A stretch of DNA of 64,000 nt. Source: Gracilinanus agilis. Its lineage: Eukaryota. A program made the position numbers and the translations under genes. The notes under the pieces were generated by a model. It saw only the letters and a list, made by a program, of their open reading frames with translations. It searched no databases and was not told the origin of the DNA. Positions 25,250 through 39,499 of the stretch are shown piece after piece. The number at the start of each line of letters is the position of its first letter. Positions within the stretch are counted from its first letter, which is position 1. Location of the stretch: positions 163,346,438 to 163,410,437 of the forward strand of contig NC_058132.1 of NCBI RefSeq assembly GCF_016433145.1. The letters are read 5' to 3'.

Positions 25250-26380
25250 CCTTTGATTCTTTACCAGTTAGAGACTATTGCGGTGGTCCAAGTCAGAGGT
25301 GATGAAAGCTTGAATTACGGGGATTCCTGTGTGAGAAAAAGAGATAGGGACATGGAAGAAATGTTTTGGAGGTAGAAATAGACTTAGTGTTGATTAGACA
25401 TAAGAAATGAGGGAAAGTAAGGAGTCAGGACGAATCTTGGGAGCCTTGAAGAAGAGTTCTGTTTTTGCCATCTCCAGAGGCAGTTTGGTAGAGGGTTGGG
25501 GTATTTAGGTATAAAAATTTCTGGTTTTGATACATCTGAGATTTGTGAGATGCCTACTTTTAAAAAATCCTTACCTTCCTTTCTTAGAATTAATACTGTG
25601 TATTGGTTCCAAGACAGAAAAAAAGGTACGGGTTAGGTGATTCAGTTTTAAGTGATTCACCCAGGGTCACAGCTAGGAAGTCTGAGGTCTGATTTGAACT
25701 CAGGACCAAAACCCAATATTAAAATGTGCAAAGGACAGTGCTTATTTGGGACTAGAGACTAGAGGCCTAGAGACCAGGTCTAGTATATCTGAATCACCTG
25801 CATAGAGTTACAATTAAACACTTAGGAGCTGACAAGATCATTAAGAGGGGCACAAAGAGAGAAAGAGGGTTTACGAGTAGATAGTAGAATGGTAAGCAAC
25901 ATCAGATATAAATGAGAGGTCAAGAAGGATGAGAAATGAGAAAAGCTGATCAGATGTTTAAGTGAAAAGATTGCTACTTTTGGAGAGAGCACTTTAAATT
26001 GAATGAAGCTAGAAACTATTGTGGTCTTTTTCTGGAATGTAGATGAGATGGGAAGAAGTGAGGATGATTGTTTTGGGGGGAGGGTAGCTGGTAGGGTCTA
26101 GTGAAGCTTTTATAAGAATGAGAAGATTTGAGCATATTTGACAGCATCAGGGAAGGAAATCTGCAGATAGGATTAGAAGATAGATTGAATGGGGCAGTCT
26201 TTTGAAGAAGGGAGGAAATTCAGTCCAGGGAACAGGCAGTGGGTTTAGCCTTGTCAAGAAGGGATATTTCTTTATTCAAAAATGGGGGAAAGGAGTAGGG
26301 GATGATGCCAAGGGGTTTTGAAATGAAGGGAATGGGAGAACAGGGCCTCAATTTTCTCAGGGATACGGTTCTTGGCTAAG
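25250..26380 (-). mobile_element. Degraded L2, interrupted by a SINE (about 25560-25710)
   Basis: L2 minus-strand motifs. Confidence 0.55.
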
Positions 26381-26384
26381 AAGA

Positions 26385-26515
26385 TTAGGGATGGCCTCAG
26401 CCACTTCCAGCTGTGTGACCTTGGGCAAGTCACTTGACCCCCATTGCCCACCCTTACCAATCTTCTACCTATGAGATAATACACCGAAGTACAAGGCTTT
26501 AAAAAAAAAAAAAAG
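26385..26515 (+). mobile_element. 5'-truncated young SINE1
   Basis: atggcctcagccacttccagctgtgtgacc...A15 tail. Confidence 0.85.
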
Positions 26516-26659
26516 GTTAGGGAGAGTAGGCAATATGGACAAATTTAGGAGATTTAGAATGGCCTCTGTGGAATGTGAAAGAGAATCACTTAGGGAGGGA
26601 GTTGATTTACTTAAAATGAACAAGTTGGAAAGAGGAAATTAAAAAGAAATTATCAAGGA

Positions 26660-26800
26660 CAGTGAGGTAGCTCAGTGAATTGAGAGTCAGTCCTGGAGAT
26701 ACAAAATCCTGAATCAAATGCGACCTTACCCACTCCAATCTAGCTATACAACCCTGGGCAAGTCACTTATCCCCTATTGTCTAGGAAAAGGTTTTAAAAA
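26660..26800 (+). mobile_element. Degraded SINE1-type SINE just upstream of the RPS4 retrocopy
   Basis: gtgaggtagctcagtgaattgagag...ccctgggcaagtcactt. Confidence 0.7.
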
Positions 26801-26848
26801 GAAATACTTAGAACCTTTTTGTATACTTCATATGTTTGCAAAATTTGA

Positions 26849-27685
<837 letters not shown>

Positions 27686-28040
27686 ATGATTGCAGATAAG
27701 GATTTGTAGGGTATCAATCAAGTTGAGATTAGAATATGATTTAAAATTTTATTACCCTACAAAAATATAAAATACATAAGCAAAACAAGAGGTAGCTTTA
27801 AACAACTCAGTCTGATGAAGTAAAATTGAACAATCCATAAATGCCTTTCTCATCTTTCCTTGGATTAGGGTATTATGGGTTGCCCATAATACCCTAATCC
27901 AAGTTCATTTATTATGAATGTTGTATAAACTGTTAAAGATACAGCTGTATTAGTCTTGCTAAATTGCTTTTCTTTTTTTATGTGAGAAGGCTCACTGGTT
28001 GGAGGATGGGGAGAGGACATCCCAAAATGGCTGATGTGAA

Positions 28041-28059
28041 AATAAAAGCTATCAATAAA
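28041..28059 (+). terminator. Tandem AATAAA signals downstream of the RPS4 retrogene
   Basis: AATAAA at 28041 and 28054. Confidence 0.45.
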
Positions 28060-29379
28060 ACTGCTTTTAAAAAAAAGTTTGGATTGTTTTAGTTATCAAG
28101 CATCTGCTATGTTCTATGATAGGGTTTTACAATTCGCATAGCACTTTCAAAACCTTGTTATATCTTTTGATTTAGTGCATATATTCATTATAGAGAAGCA
28201 TGAAATTGAAAGGTTTTGCAGTCTTTGGAGCCAATTATCTAATCCACCATCTGAACAATAAGCCAGATAAATGGTTTCATGATGTGGGGTTCCAGACTTT
28301 GTGGACTAGGGCCATGTATGCTTGGTCTGCTTGAGGGCCGAACATAATGTGAGCTGTCTTGTCTGGTTTTGTGGGATTGAGACTGAAACTGGCAGCCTAT
28401 CTTTTTTTTTAATCCCAAATCCTGCCTTTGGGGAATACTATGTTTCCAGGAACTGTAAGGATTTATTGGAATAGTGAGAAACCTGGGACAGGAAGACCAA
28501 TTAGGTGGTTAATAATAGTCCAGTAGAGAGTAATAGGTCTTAAAGGTGATGACTTAGGGAGAAGGTTGCAGATGTTAGGGGGCAGCTAGATGGTAAATGA
28601 CTAGAGCTGGGGGCCTTGGGTCAAGAAGACCTGAGTTCAGATGTCTCAGATCCTTAATAGTTATGTGATCCTGAGCAAGTTATTTAACCTGTTTGCCTCA
28701 GTTTCCTCATTTGTAAAATGGGGTTGATAAAGCCCCATAGAGTGGTTGTGAGGATAAAATAATTGTAGTGTTTAACCTCATCTGGAGCATAGGAGGCTCT
28801 TTATGTTAGCTATATTAATAGCTATTGTGAAGCTAGTACTATGATTTAGCAACTGACTGGATTTGTAAATGTGAATAAGGATGGCAATTAGGTTTTTAAC
28901 ATGAGTGACTAGAAGGATAGATTATGCCTTTGATAGTAATAGGAAAGTTAGGAAAAGGAATGTATTTGGGGGAAGTATGTAAAGTAATATAATGAGATCA
29001 GTGATGCAAATCTAGACCCATCTTTTGCCTGCTTCTATGCAACTTTTCTTCATCTAAAATTTAGCTCAAAAGGGAATAGACTTTTCAAATGGTACCTACA
29101 CATCTGTTACTGAAGAACAAAGGAAGGATTGGGATATTGAGAGGCTAGGAATAGGGTAGTTGGAGATATGTTCCAAGATTGAATATTAAGTAGGGATTCC
29201 CCTGCTCAAAAATCTTAAATATCTCCCTCTAGGACAGGGTTAGTTAGTATACATCATGTCTTCTAATCACTCCCCTTCAGATGAGATAGCTCCTCTTTCT
29301 AGTTCATCATTTATGCTTTGGTCTCACTTCTTTCTGACTTGGCCAGTTATTGCATTCATAAATGCATTTTTCTGAACCC

Positions 29380-31210
29380 CAAATTTCCTTTCCCTTAGAC
29401 ATGATTAAATAGAAAAGCATTTATCAAACACTCAATTGACAAATACTGTGTTAAGCAGTGGAGATACAGATAGAGAATTTTCTGCTCTCAAATCTCATAG
29501 CTTTTAAATTGATTAATATCAATTGAAGATCATACCTTGCCAACTGGTACAGCTGTAGATCTGTGGTATTTAACCTCAGCTGGGCCACTCACCACAGGAA
29601 TTCTTTTACTTTCCTCCATCAGCTGTCCTGGTTTTCTAAAGCTCTTAAAACCACTAGTTTCCCCCTATCCTTTATTTGAAGTAGAAACTCACCTTTTCCT
29701 GAGATAATTGAGACTATCTGTGGTGAGCTTCCTCATCTCATATCCACCTCAAATTCCTTTCACATTATTCCCCCATTCTCTCATTTTATTCCAGTCTGAG
29801 CAAGAGGAAGGTCATATTGCCAAGGCCAACCCCTCTCCATACCCTTGATCCTATCTCAATATTTGATCTGAGATCTTTTCCCCTTGGTGAGATCTAAGAC
29901 TTATGGTTGAACTAAGTTAGCTTGCTTCCAATGAGACAGTGCCTTCATTCTGTATTGTATAACTTTTAAGTATATTTTCTCTGATTTCTGTTTTGCTATG
30001 ATTTGGATAAATACTTTTTTCGCTCTTCAGAAACAAACAGTTTCTCATTTCTTGCTGTCCACAAACACCCAGATCTCCATCCTTAACTTTATCTTTGGTA
30101 TTTCTTCAAGTTATTCTAGTTGTCATCTCTTTTTTTCAGCCATATTCCCAAGAAAATGGCTTACTTTGTGCTTCCACTTCCTAATACAAATGCATTGAAC
30201 AAATATTTTATCCTCACAACAGCCCCTTGAAGAGTTAGGTGCCCTATTATTATCTCCATTTTACAGATGAGAAAACTGAGACAAGGTTAAGTTAACTTAA
30301 CATGGGCCTATTAAGAGACTGATGTGGGATTGGGATTTGAAGCTTCTTGATTCCCAAATCTGATTCTATCCATTGTGCCACCTAATTGCTTCTACCTCAT
30401 TCAACCCAAACTGTACTTTCAAAAGTTACCACTGATCCCTTAATTGTCAGATTACTGTTTTTTTCTCATATTTCTTAATTTCCCTGCAGCCTTTAGTGCT
30501 GTTGATTAGCCTCTTTATGTTTTCATGATGCTACTCCTGATTCTCTTACCTAGCTGACTGCTTCTTGGTCCCCTTGAATTTTCATTCAGATGTCCCACAG
30601 GACTCCATTCTGGGCTCTTTTGTCTTCTCTCTCTGTACAATTTCACTTCACAATCTCATTAATTTCCAATAAATTCAATGATCATCTCTATGATGATAAT
30701 TTTCAAATCTACGAATCCATCCCTAATCTATTGATGGCTCTATTGTCTTACATCTCCAACTGCCTATTAGACATCTCAAAACTAGCTGACATGCATATGT
30801 TAAACTCAAAATCTCTAAAGCTGAGCTCATAAATTTTTTCCTTCAAAATTTTCCCTTTCCAAACTTAGTTTTTTGGGGGCATCATCATCTTCCCAGTTCC
30901 TTAAGCTTCAATATAGAAGTGCTGTCCTTGATTCTTCTCTCTCACCCCTCTCCCATAACCAATCTGTTGCCAAAGCCTATCAGTTTTACCTTTGTAAGTT
31001 TTCCCTTGCATATTATACTCCTGTTTCTCCTCTGACACTACCATCACCTTTATTACCTCATACCCAGACCACTAGCAATAACCTCTTGGTTGATCTCTCT
31101 ACCATAAGTCTCTCCCCTTTTCAATCTCTTCTTTGCAGATCCCTACTCAGTAAACTCTAGTGGTCCCTGAACACCACCAGGAGAAGTTATTAAGTCTTCT
31201 GGTGTTCAGA
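29380..31210 (+). mobile_element. Degraded L2 fragments
   Basis: L2 RT/3' motifs (ctcctgattctcttacctag, atctccaactgcctattagacatctc). Confidence 0.6.
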
Positions 31211-32469
31211 ATCCTTCATATCCAAAACCATCTCACCCAAAATAATAACTTTAATCAATGCTTGAAGTGTGATTTTTAGGACTATATAATGCAACTGTAA
31301 TTGTAGTAAGAAGTTAGTCCCAGACTAGAGTTTGTAACTAGATTAAGAACATAGTCCTAGGAAAATACCCAAGTTATAATTTCAAGTGTATTGTTATAGT
31401 TATATTAATCATAAGTAAGTTACTATGTTAATCCTAAGTGTGTGAACCTAATTTATAATGTACTCATATCAAAGTAATTCATATAAGAAGTTAACAGGGA
31501 CCAGAAGGTTGTCCAAAGATCACGAAGACCAGGAGGTCTGGAATGGTCTCCAAGACTTCTTGGAGATCTTTTATGGGGGTGGGGAAAGACATGAAATTAT
31601 AAAAGTGTGTGTTTTACAATTTAAGGTCTCAAAATCAACTGGGGAATCTGTAGACCTCTGGCCCTATGACTAATCTGCACACAATAAAGCCAGATCCTTA
31701 CACAGAAGGGTATCTTAGCATCTTATTTTTACATTGCCAACTTTTCCAATGTCTTATACTTTAGACCAAGTATACTGTGATCCAACTCTGGATATTGGTT
31801 GTCCAGAGCCTGGAACATTCTTTCTCACATTCACCTCCTAGCTTCCCTGGTTTTCTTTAAGCCCTATCTAATATCCCTCTTATAGGAAGCCTTCCCAGTC
31901 TTTCTTAATACTAGTGCCTTCTCTCTTGAATATTAATTTATGTTGTATATAAATTATTTGTACATAGTTGTTTATGTTGTTTCCCCTCTCAGACTATATG
32001 TTTAGGGACTGTTTTACCTTTGTATGTCTAAGATGTAAGCACAATGCCTGGCAAATAGTGTTTAAATATTTGTTGACTGATTCCACAGTTGCCATTGCTG
32101 GTTGCTGATGGGATAGTCAGGTACGATTTTACAAGGGTTAGTTCCTCAATCTTAAAAAAATGGAACATATAGCCAAATTAGTCAGTCAAGGTTCTATATT
32201 CCCTCTAGCCAGCAAAGAGTTTAGTAATTACCCTTTAGGGAGAAACAATATTCTTCATTGGTTATAACTATTGAACAAATCACTTCGTTGCTCTGGGCTT
32301 TTATTTCCTTAACTGTAAAATAAAAATTTTAATTCTTCTATCTAATCACTTTTCACCTTTTTCAAAGTTAAGATCCTTAACTAAGTAGTGAAGGGATTTT
32401 AAAACATTAAATTCATTTACTTCATCTCTCAACCTTAGTTTCCAACAACATAAAAATGAGAGTATTAGG

Positions 32470-32700
32470 CCAGAAGATAAGGATCAAATGTGTAGCCTGA
32501 GGGCTATATGTGACCCACCCATAACACTCCTGAGTGTGGCTTGAACCAGAGTAAAATATAGTTCTTTGATGTTAATATACTTATGGGTTAATTTTAAAAA
32601 GAATTATGTAACTCTGTGATTTTCTAAATCAGTATGTGGCCCTCACGGATTCTTATATATGGTTTAGTGGGCCTTATTTCTTTTCAAGTTTGATACTACT
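32470..32700. mobile_element. Old hAT/MER-like non-autonomous DNA transposon
   Basis: Right end agtttgatactactg resembles a hAT terminal inverted repeat (TIR); left TIR decayed. Confidence 0.4.
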
Positions 32701-34499
32701 GGACTAGATGATCTCAAGGTCCTTTCTAGTTCTAAATGTTATGAACCTATAAGAATGTCACTGCCTTATCAAGGGTGGGACTAGGAGAACTAAGGCCACA
32801 GATGACCTTTTTACATATATTTTACATATATGTATAGGAAGAAAGGTATAATGTGAAAATAGTAGAGGCATTTTGGTTATAAATGATATATTGACTAGGC
32901 AGTTGGAAAGCAATGGTTAGTGGATTCATTAGTTAGTCCAAAGGTTGCAAATACAGAGCAAAGCAAATTATTATATTCCCCCCAAATCAAATATTTCTAA
33001 AAGTTCAATTAATTCTAAGAAAAACAACCAGGATACAATTGAGGATACAAAATTAGGTAATCTGATTTCTAATTTGAGGAAAAATTAGAGACTTTACAAG
33101 TTGGGAAAGGGAAGTAGGTTTCAGCCCAGTTGGGAGGAGATTTTTTTGGTTTTAGGGTTCTCTTCATAAAATGAAAGGATGTTGATTAATTATATTCACC
33201 TATATATATGAAATGAGATGATTTATACATTCTAATTTCCTCTGGTTGCATAACAGAAAAAAAACAAAATGGAGGAGAGTACCTGTGGTAGCACAAGATA
33301 GAATCTGATTGGTTCTTCTGAATCACACACCAAACTAATTGCATGGATTTTTTCTTAACAGGGGGATCCTAATGTTAAGATGGAGGTGATTAAAACAGGG
33401 ACAAGAATTCAGGACATCCATTTGACTAAAAAATGCATTGTTTAAAGCAATTATTTGATGTACCTGTCTTCTGTGGAAAAGTACTAGAAGTAGGGAGGCA
33501 CCCAAAATAGTTTCTGAAATCCCTAATTCTGCCCTATCCTTTACCAAGGTACTGAACTTCCCTGACTTATGACTCTGACATAGTCTAATTTATTTTTTGT
33601 TTCCATAGGGATGGACACTTTGGGCCCTTTATAATCTGGCTTTTATGACTTCCACTCAACTGAAACTATTTTCTTTCATGTTACTGTAATCATTGAAATT
33701 CTCAAAAGATAGTATTTCTCAATTTAAAATAATTTAGTATGTGCCTGATCAAGACATCCTAATTATGGCCAAAGGGTTTTCTTAAATTCTTCAAAGACTC
33801 TGGAATCTTCAGGCCCAGGTGCCCTTTTGGGAGCTCATTATTCAGCAACTCCCTTTTAACATCCCAAAGCATCTCTAATTGGTAATCAGCTAATTAGGAG
33901 ATGGCCTATCACACTCTTAGCACTTTCCCATACCAGGAGATGGACAAGTGATTTGATTGTATGCAGGGAAAGAATCATCATAAAAACTTATAGTTAGCCA
34001 GAAATATGTGAAAGGATCACATTCCTAAGGGCAAAAAGAATGCAGAAATCTATAGCTGGATGGAAGTAGGTCTAAGACTTGGCTCAGGAATTCTCCCTAA
34101 TATGTAGGAATTGATTTGGGCCTTTATAGTCCAGAGCCCTGATAAAAAATGAAAATTAAGTTCTCCAATTACTAATGCTCTTTATCACTTGCTAAATCCA
34201 ATGGATTTTTCTTCATTTTCATCTTACTACACCTTTCTGTAGTTTTTGACTTAGTTGACTTCCTGCTGTACATGAAGAGGAGCTTATGGAGAAGTGGATT
34301 TAGATTTTAAGAAAACTAGTTCCACTTTTGACATGCTATTTGTTATCCATTGGGAAATCCAGATAGAGAATGGAGTTTAGGAAAGAGATTAGAGCTGGAT
34401 TGTACATTTGAGAATCATCTTTGTTGAGATAATAGAACTGCTAGTACCTGATAAGCATCAAAAGAAAGTATAGAAAAAGAATGAGAAAACAAGCTCTGG

Positions 34500-37100
34500 A
34501 CAGAACTTTTCCATATTCTATTTCTTTTGAGGGGACCACTATCCTTTCAATCTCTTAATTTTACAACCTTCCAGCCTTTGTCATCTATGCACCATTCGCA
34601 ACATAGCTGCCAAAATAATCTTCCTAGGGTACAGAACTGACCATGGGATTTCCCCTGCTTAAAAATCTTAAATATCTTCCTCTAGGATGGGAATTCTTAA
34701 CCTGTAGGGTGTGAACTTAAAAATTTTTACTTTAATAATTATTTCAATGTAATTGCCTTTGCTATCCTCTTGTGTACTTTTATTTGTACATGTATGTATG
34801 TATTAAATATAGGAAAAAATAAGTTCAAGGTAATTTTTTGCCAGTTGCTAATGGGAAGGCCCTAGTAGATATTGTGTTTGTATTTTTGTGTATGTGTATG
34901 CTTGTTGGGATCAGAGATCAGGAAAAGATTTCTCTGTGAGTCTACCTTTCTAACTCTAGGCAAACACTATCCATGGCCACCTATACCTATCGGAGCCTGC
35001 CTTGTACCCCTGCATGTCACCCTCTTTTTTATTCCCCATTCCTCTCCCATTTTAACATTTCCCCATCATACCCCAATTCAGTGATTATGAATGTTAAATT
35101 GCTATCATTCAAACCTCTATCCTCTAATTATTGCTTCCACATTTCCATCCTCCATAACCCAACTCCCTCAAATTCCCACTCTAAAGCTACTCAATTCTTG
35201 GAATGCTTAATAGACAACACTAGATTTCATTGGAAAACTCATATTCCCTTCATCTTTTTTGCATTCACTGAAACCTCACTTCCCCCTAATGACACAGCTT
35301 CCCTGACTTTCCAGCACTGCTTATATTTTCACTTATTCACCCAGATTTCCTGGTTGTGGTGAGGGAGTTGGATTACTCTTTGTTTCCCATTGCCACCTCA
35401 AGGTTTTTCCTTTACTACTATCACTGTAATTTCTGCTTTGAGATCATTCAGTATGTATCACCTTATCAAGTTTCTGGTAGCTGTTGTCTACTGACCTCTG
35501 GGACACTCTCCTTAATGACTTTAGTGTTTGACTCAGTTTTTTCTCCTCCATAACTCTTTGCTTTCTTACTAGGGATTTCCACATACATACCCATACCTCT
35601 TCAAATACCCTAACCTTCTAGTTCCTTGTCTTACTCATTTCCCATGACTTATTCCTCCACCCTACTACACATTGGCTTACACAGAGAAGGTCATACACAA
35701 ATGTTCTATATCCATGTTCAAGGTCTCTGAAGTTCCTTTATCTGGTCATATTCAGTTGTCATTCACATCTCTCTCTGCCTTGCAAATCCAAACCCTATTC
35801 TTCCGTCCTTACTGTGACCTCCAGTATCTTTTTTCCCCAAAGCTATCCCACCTATGCTATCTTCCTCTTCCTGTCTTGATCTCTTGGTGGACTAGTTTAA
35901 TTCTACACTTCTACACTGCCTTGGTTCCTACTCATATCCTGCTGAAGATAATAGTAAGCTGGAGAAATATCACAAAATGTGCTGTCTAGGTCCACAACAA
36001 GTTTATATTATATATTTTCAGTTGGGTCCTTACGATGGCAAGACAGTCCTTTCATACTTCCCTAATTGGTTCACTATCCACTCACTGTAGTGGCTTTTCC
36101 AAATCTTTCCATCCTTTCTGAAACTGCCCCACAGTTCCCCCTCCCCTGTTCTGAGAACCTTCCTCAGCTAAGCACCTTATCTCATTTCACTGAAAAAAAT
36201 TGAGATAATTTGCAGAGTGCTTTATCTTTTTTTCCTTCTCAACTCACTTCACTCAGATACCTTCTGCCACAATCTTTTTATTCACCCATTTCAGGAAAAA
36301 GTGGCATTTCTCCTTGCCAGTGTAAACCCTTTTATGTGCACAGATGATTTCATTCCATTTTGTCCTGTCCTGTCCAACTGATTGCTTCTTCTATCATCTC
36401 CACTCACACTTATCTTCAATTTTTCTTTATCTACTGGCTTCTTCCCAACTGTCTTATGAATGTGCCCATGTCTCCAATACTCCACTTGTTCTGTACATCC
36501 CTGTTATCTGTTGTGTGATTTCTCTTCTCCCTTTTGTGGCTAAACTTGAGAAGGCTGTGGGGCCCTCTTCTTTTTCTCCATTCCCATGGTTTAAGTTATT
36601 ATATCTATATAAATAACTGTCAGGTCTACTTGTCCTGCCCCAACCTCTTTGCTCACCTCTAGTCTTATATCTTCTTTCTGCCATTGGACTGTATGACTAT
36701 CCCAAACTGGATGTCTTGTAGACAAATTCAACATGTCCAAAATTGAATTCATTATCTCTTTCCTCAAACTCTCACCTTTCCTAACTCCCCTATTACTCTC
36801 AAAGGTACCACCATCCTCCCACTCACTCAGGCTCAGAACCTAGATGTCATCCTTGACTCTGATTTTTTAATCCCCCATATCCAGTCAGTGGTCAAATCCT
36901 GCCATTTCAAGCCTTCTAACATCTTTAGTTAAAAAATCCCTTCTCTCCTCTGACACTACTGCCATCTTGGTGCAGGCCCTTGGATCACATCACACTTGGA
37001 CTTTTGCAATAGGCAGCTGATTGATCTCACTGCTTTAAGCCTCCTCATTCTAATCTGTCCTCAACTTGGCTGTTAAATTGGTCGTCCTAAAATGTACATT
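34500..37100 (+). mobile_element. Long degraded L2 (endonuclease to RT region)
   Basis: Remnants resembling TETW (ttcactgaaacctc), GGGVG (ggtgagggagttgg), YRPPG and LLGDF (ctagggatttc). Confidence 0.65.
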
Positions 37101-37229
37101 ACCATTTCACTGGGGCAGCTAAACAATGGTGCAATAGATGTGCCAGACTTGGAGTCAGGAAGACACATCTTCCTGTGTTAAAATTTGGCTATAGACACTC
37201 TTAGCTATATGACCTGGGGCAAGGCACTT

Positions 37230-38480
37230 AACTTTGATTTTAAAAAGAAATGTATAGAAAATGGAAGCAAGTCCTGGTAACAGAAGATGAATTACAGCAT
37301 GGTCCTGAAAAAATTGCCAGAATGAGTTTTTTCCCTTCTCTATGTTAGGAAAAAGGACCAAAGAAAAGATAGGATTTTTGCTTGGTGTGGATGAGATGAT
37401 GATTACTGGTGAAAAGGAGAAAGGGGAGCTGTATAACTCTTATTTTGCCTGTAATTCCTCTGTAAAGGAGAATGGCTTTCACACAGAACTAAAACAACTA
37501 GGAAGGAGTTAATACCCTAGGTAAATAAGGAAAATAATAAAAACCAACTTAGCTCTCCTTGATGACTTTGGGCTACTTGGTCAAGGTAAATTTATACCTT
37601 TGAGTCCTAAGGAAAGTGGCAGATATGATTACTAAATGATATTTGTAAACTAATGAAAAACCAGAGGGATACCATAAGATCTGTAAAGGGAAAGTATTGT
37701 CCTTATTTTCAAAAAAGGAGAGAGAACTGAGTCTGCAGACTCTAGAGAAGTAAAGGCACACTTTTTAGAGACAGAGTGCCAGGCCACACCCCCACCTCAC
37801 CCCCCAGACTGAGTGCTGTGCCCATTCCCACCAGAGACCCGGTGCTGTGTCTTTCTTCCCCACCAAGTTCTGTGTGCACCTTACCCTCCCCTTGCCCCAC
37901 ACAGGGGAGGGAGAAAGCATTCCCATTGGGCTGCTGGGCAGAGGGGTGGGTGATATGAAAAAATGTTGTCAGGCACTGTGGAGATGGGGAAGAAAGCAGC
38001 TCCACCCGAGTCTCTCTGCCTTTCTTGTATTGAACTGGGGGGTGGGGGAGTGGCCATGTGCCCACAGAGAGCGCTCTGAATGCCATCTTTGGCACCCATA
38101 CCATAGGTTCGTCATCACTGCTCTAGTCAATGAACTTTAATTTTTAGAGAATTAAAGAGATGATTGGCAAATAGAAAGGGAAGCAGGTATTACAGAGTCA
38201 ACATGTCTTGATTAAGAACCAAGCATACTAGATTAACTTTGATAGGACTACTAAACCAGCAGGTAAAAAGAATGCTGTGGCTTTTGTTTGCCTAGATTTA
38301 AGTGAAATGTTTGATAGATTATCCTCTACTATTCTTATGAAGAATGAGACATATGATTGGACAGTAATATAATCAGATGATTTCAGACCTAATTGGATGG
38401 CAGGATTCAAAGAATAGTTATTAACGGTTCAATGGCAACCTGGCAAGAGGTCTCCATTGGAGTCTTCCAAGGACCTAACT
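37230..38480 (+). mobile_element. CR1/L3 LINE RT fragment, interrupted by a hAT MITE
   Basis: IVLIFKKGERTESAD (PIFKKG motif), QHVLIKNQA, AFVCLDLSEMFD (LDFSKAFD-like). Confidence 0.75.
37748..38120. mobile_element. hAT MITE (CAGTGATGGCGAACC-type TIR)
   Basis: Right TIR ggttcgtcatcactg; decayed left TIR; TSD ctctagag/ctctagtc. Confidence 0.8.
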
Positions 38481-39499
38481 GGATATTTTTCCAAATTTTG
38501 ATTTCAGGCACAAATTTCTGAAATGTCATGAAGTCAATAGTAATTTCTAACTGCAGGAACCTGGAATCAAACAGAGCTAAGAGAGTTTGCCCCTGATATG
38601 ACTTGTGCCATATCAGTCTTTGCTCTTGAAACAGCTTGATATCAATAGTTTTGATATTTTCATGACTATTTCCCTCCTTTTTTGTTTCCTAGCAAATTTC
38701 TATAATCTGGGCAGGTGAACATTGATATTTTTTGTTGTTCTTATACTAACTCTATTAATTAATAGATTAATACCAGACCATCTGACTCAAGTATGAATGA
38801 AAGATTTAATTATTTTAAATCTTTATGTCTGGTTAATTCCATATCCCATGCAAATAGTTCTTAGACTTGTCATCCCTTTGCTAATAGTTATATATTCATG
38901 TACAAGATCAAATCCTTAAAGTACCTCATTCCTTCAAGATGATATGATGGTAATAGTCATATTTGCAAAAATAAATGTGGAATAAGGCAAAGATGTAAAA
39001 GTTTAAAAAAATATTCAGTGGCGGCATAGTAAACTTTGGGAAAGCAATGATTAGATGATTTCCCCCCTAAGAACTATATATATGTACATATAAGTACACA
39101 CACATATATATATATATACATAATTGGCTTCCAAATGTTTCTAAGAGAAATCTTTTTATTTTGGAACATCACAGAAACTAACATTTTGGTAGTAGGGGTG
39201 TGTGTGATAGGATACTAGGAAGCAGGGTATGGTTAAAATAATAATTCACATTTATATTGTACTTTACTGTTACATATAGAACTTCATAAACTTATCTTAT
39301 TTGATCCTCACAATAACCTAGAGAAGCAGTACCATTTAAAGATGAAAAACCTAAGATCAGAGACTTGTTCAGAAGTCATACATGGAGTGAGCAAATGTTA
39401 GATCCAGAATTCAAATCTAGGCCTCCCGGGTCAATGCTCTTTCCATTACACTAAAAACTATTATTAGAAAAAGAAGCCATAGAGTAACAAGCAAAAGAA

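Noticed and set aside
33335-33547. ORF ending ...RKNPCN* as another PATE last exon
   Set aside because: It lacks the CC and the C-x3-C in frame; nearby Cys motifs need several frameshifts, so the evidence is too weak.
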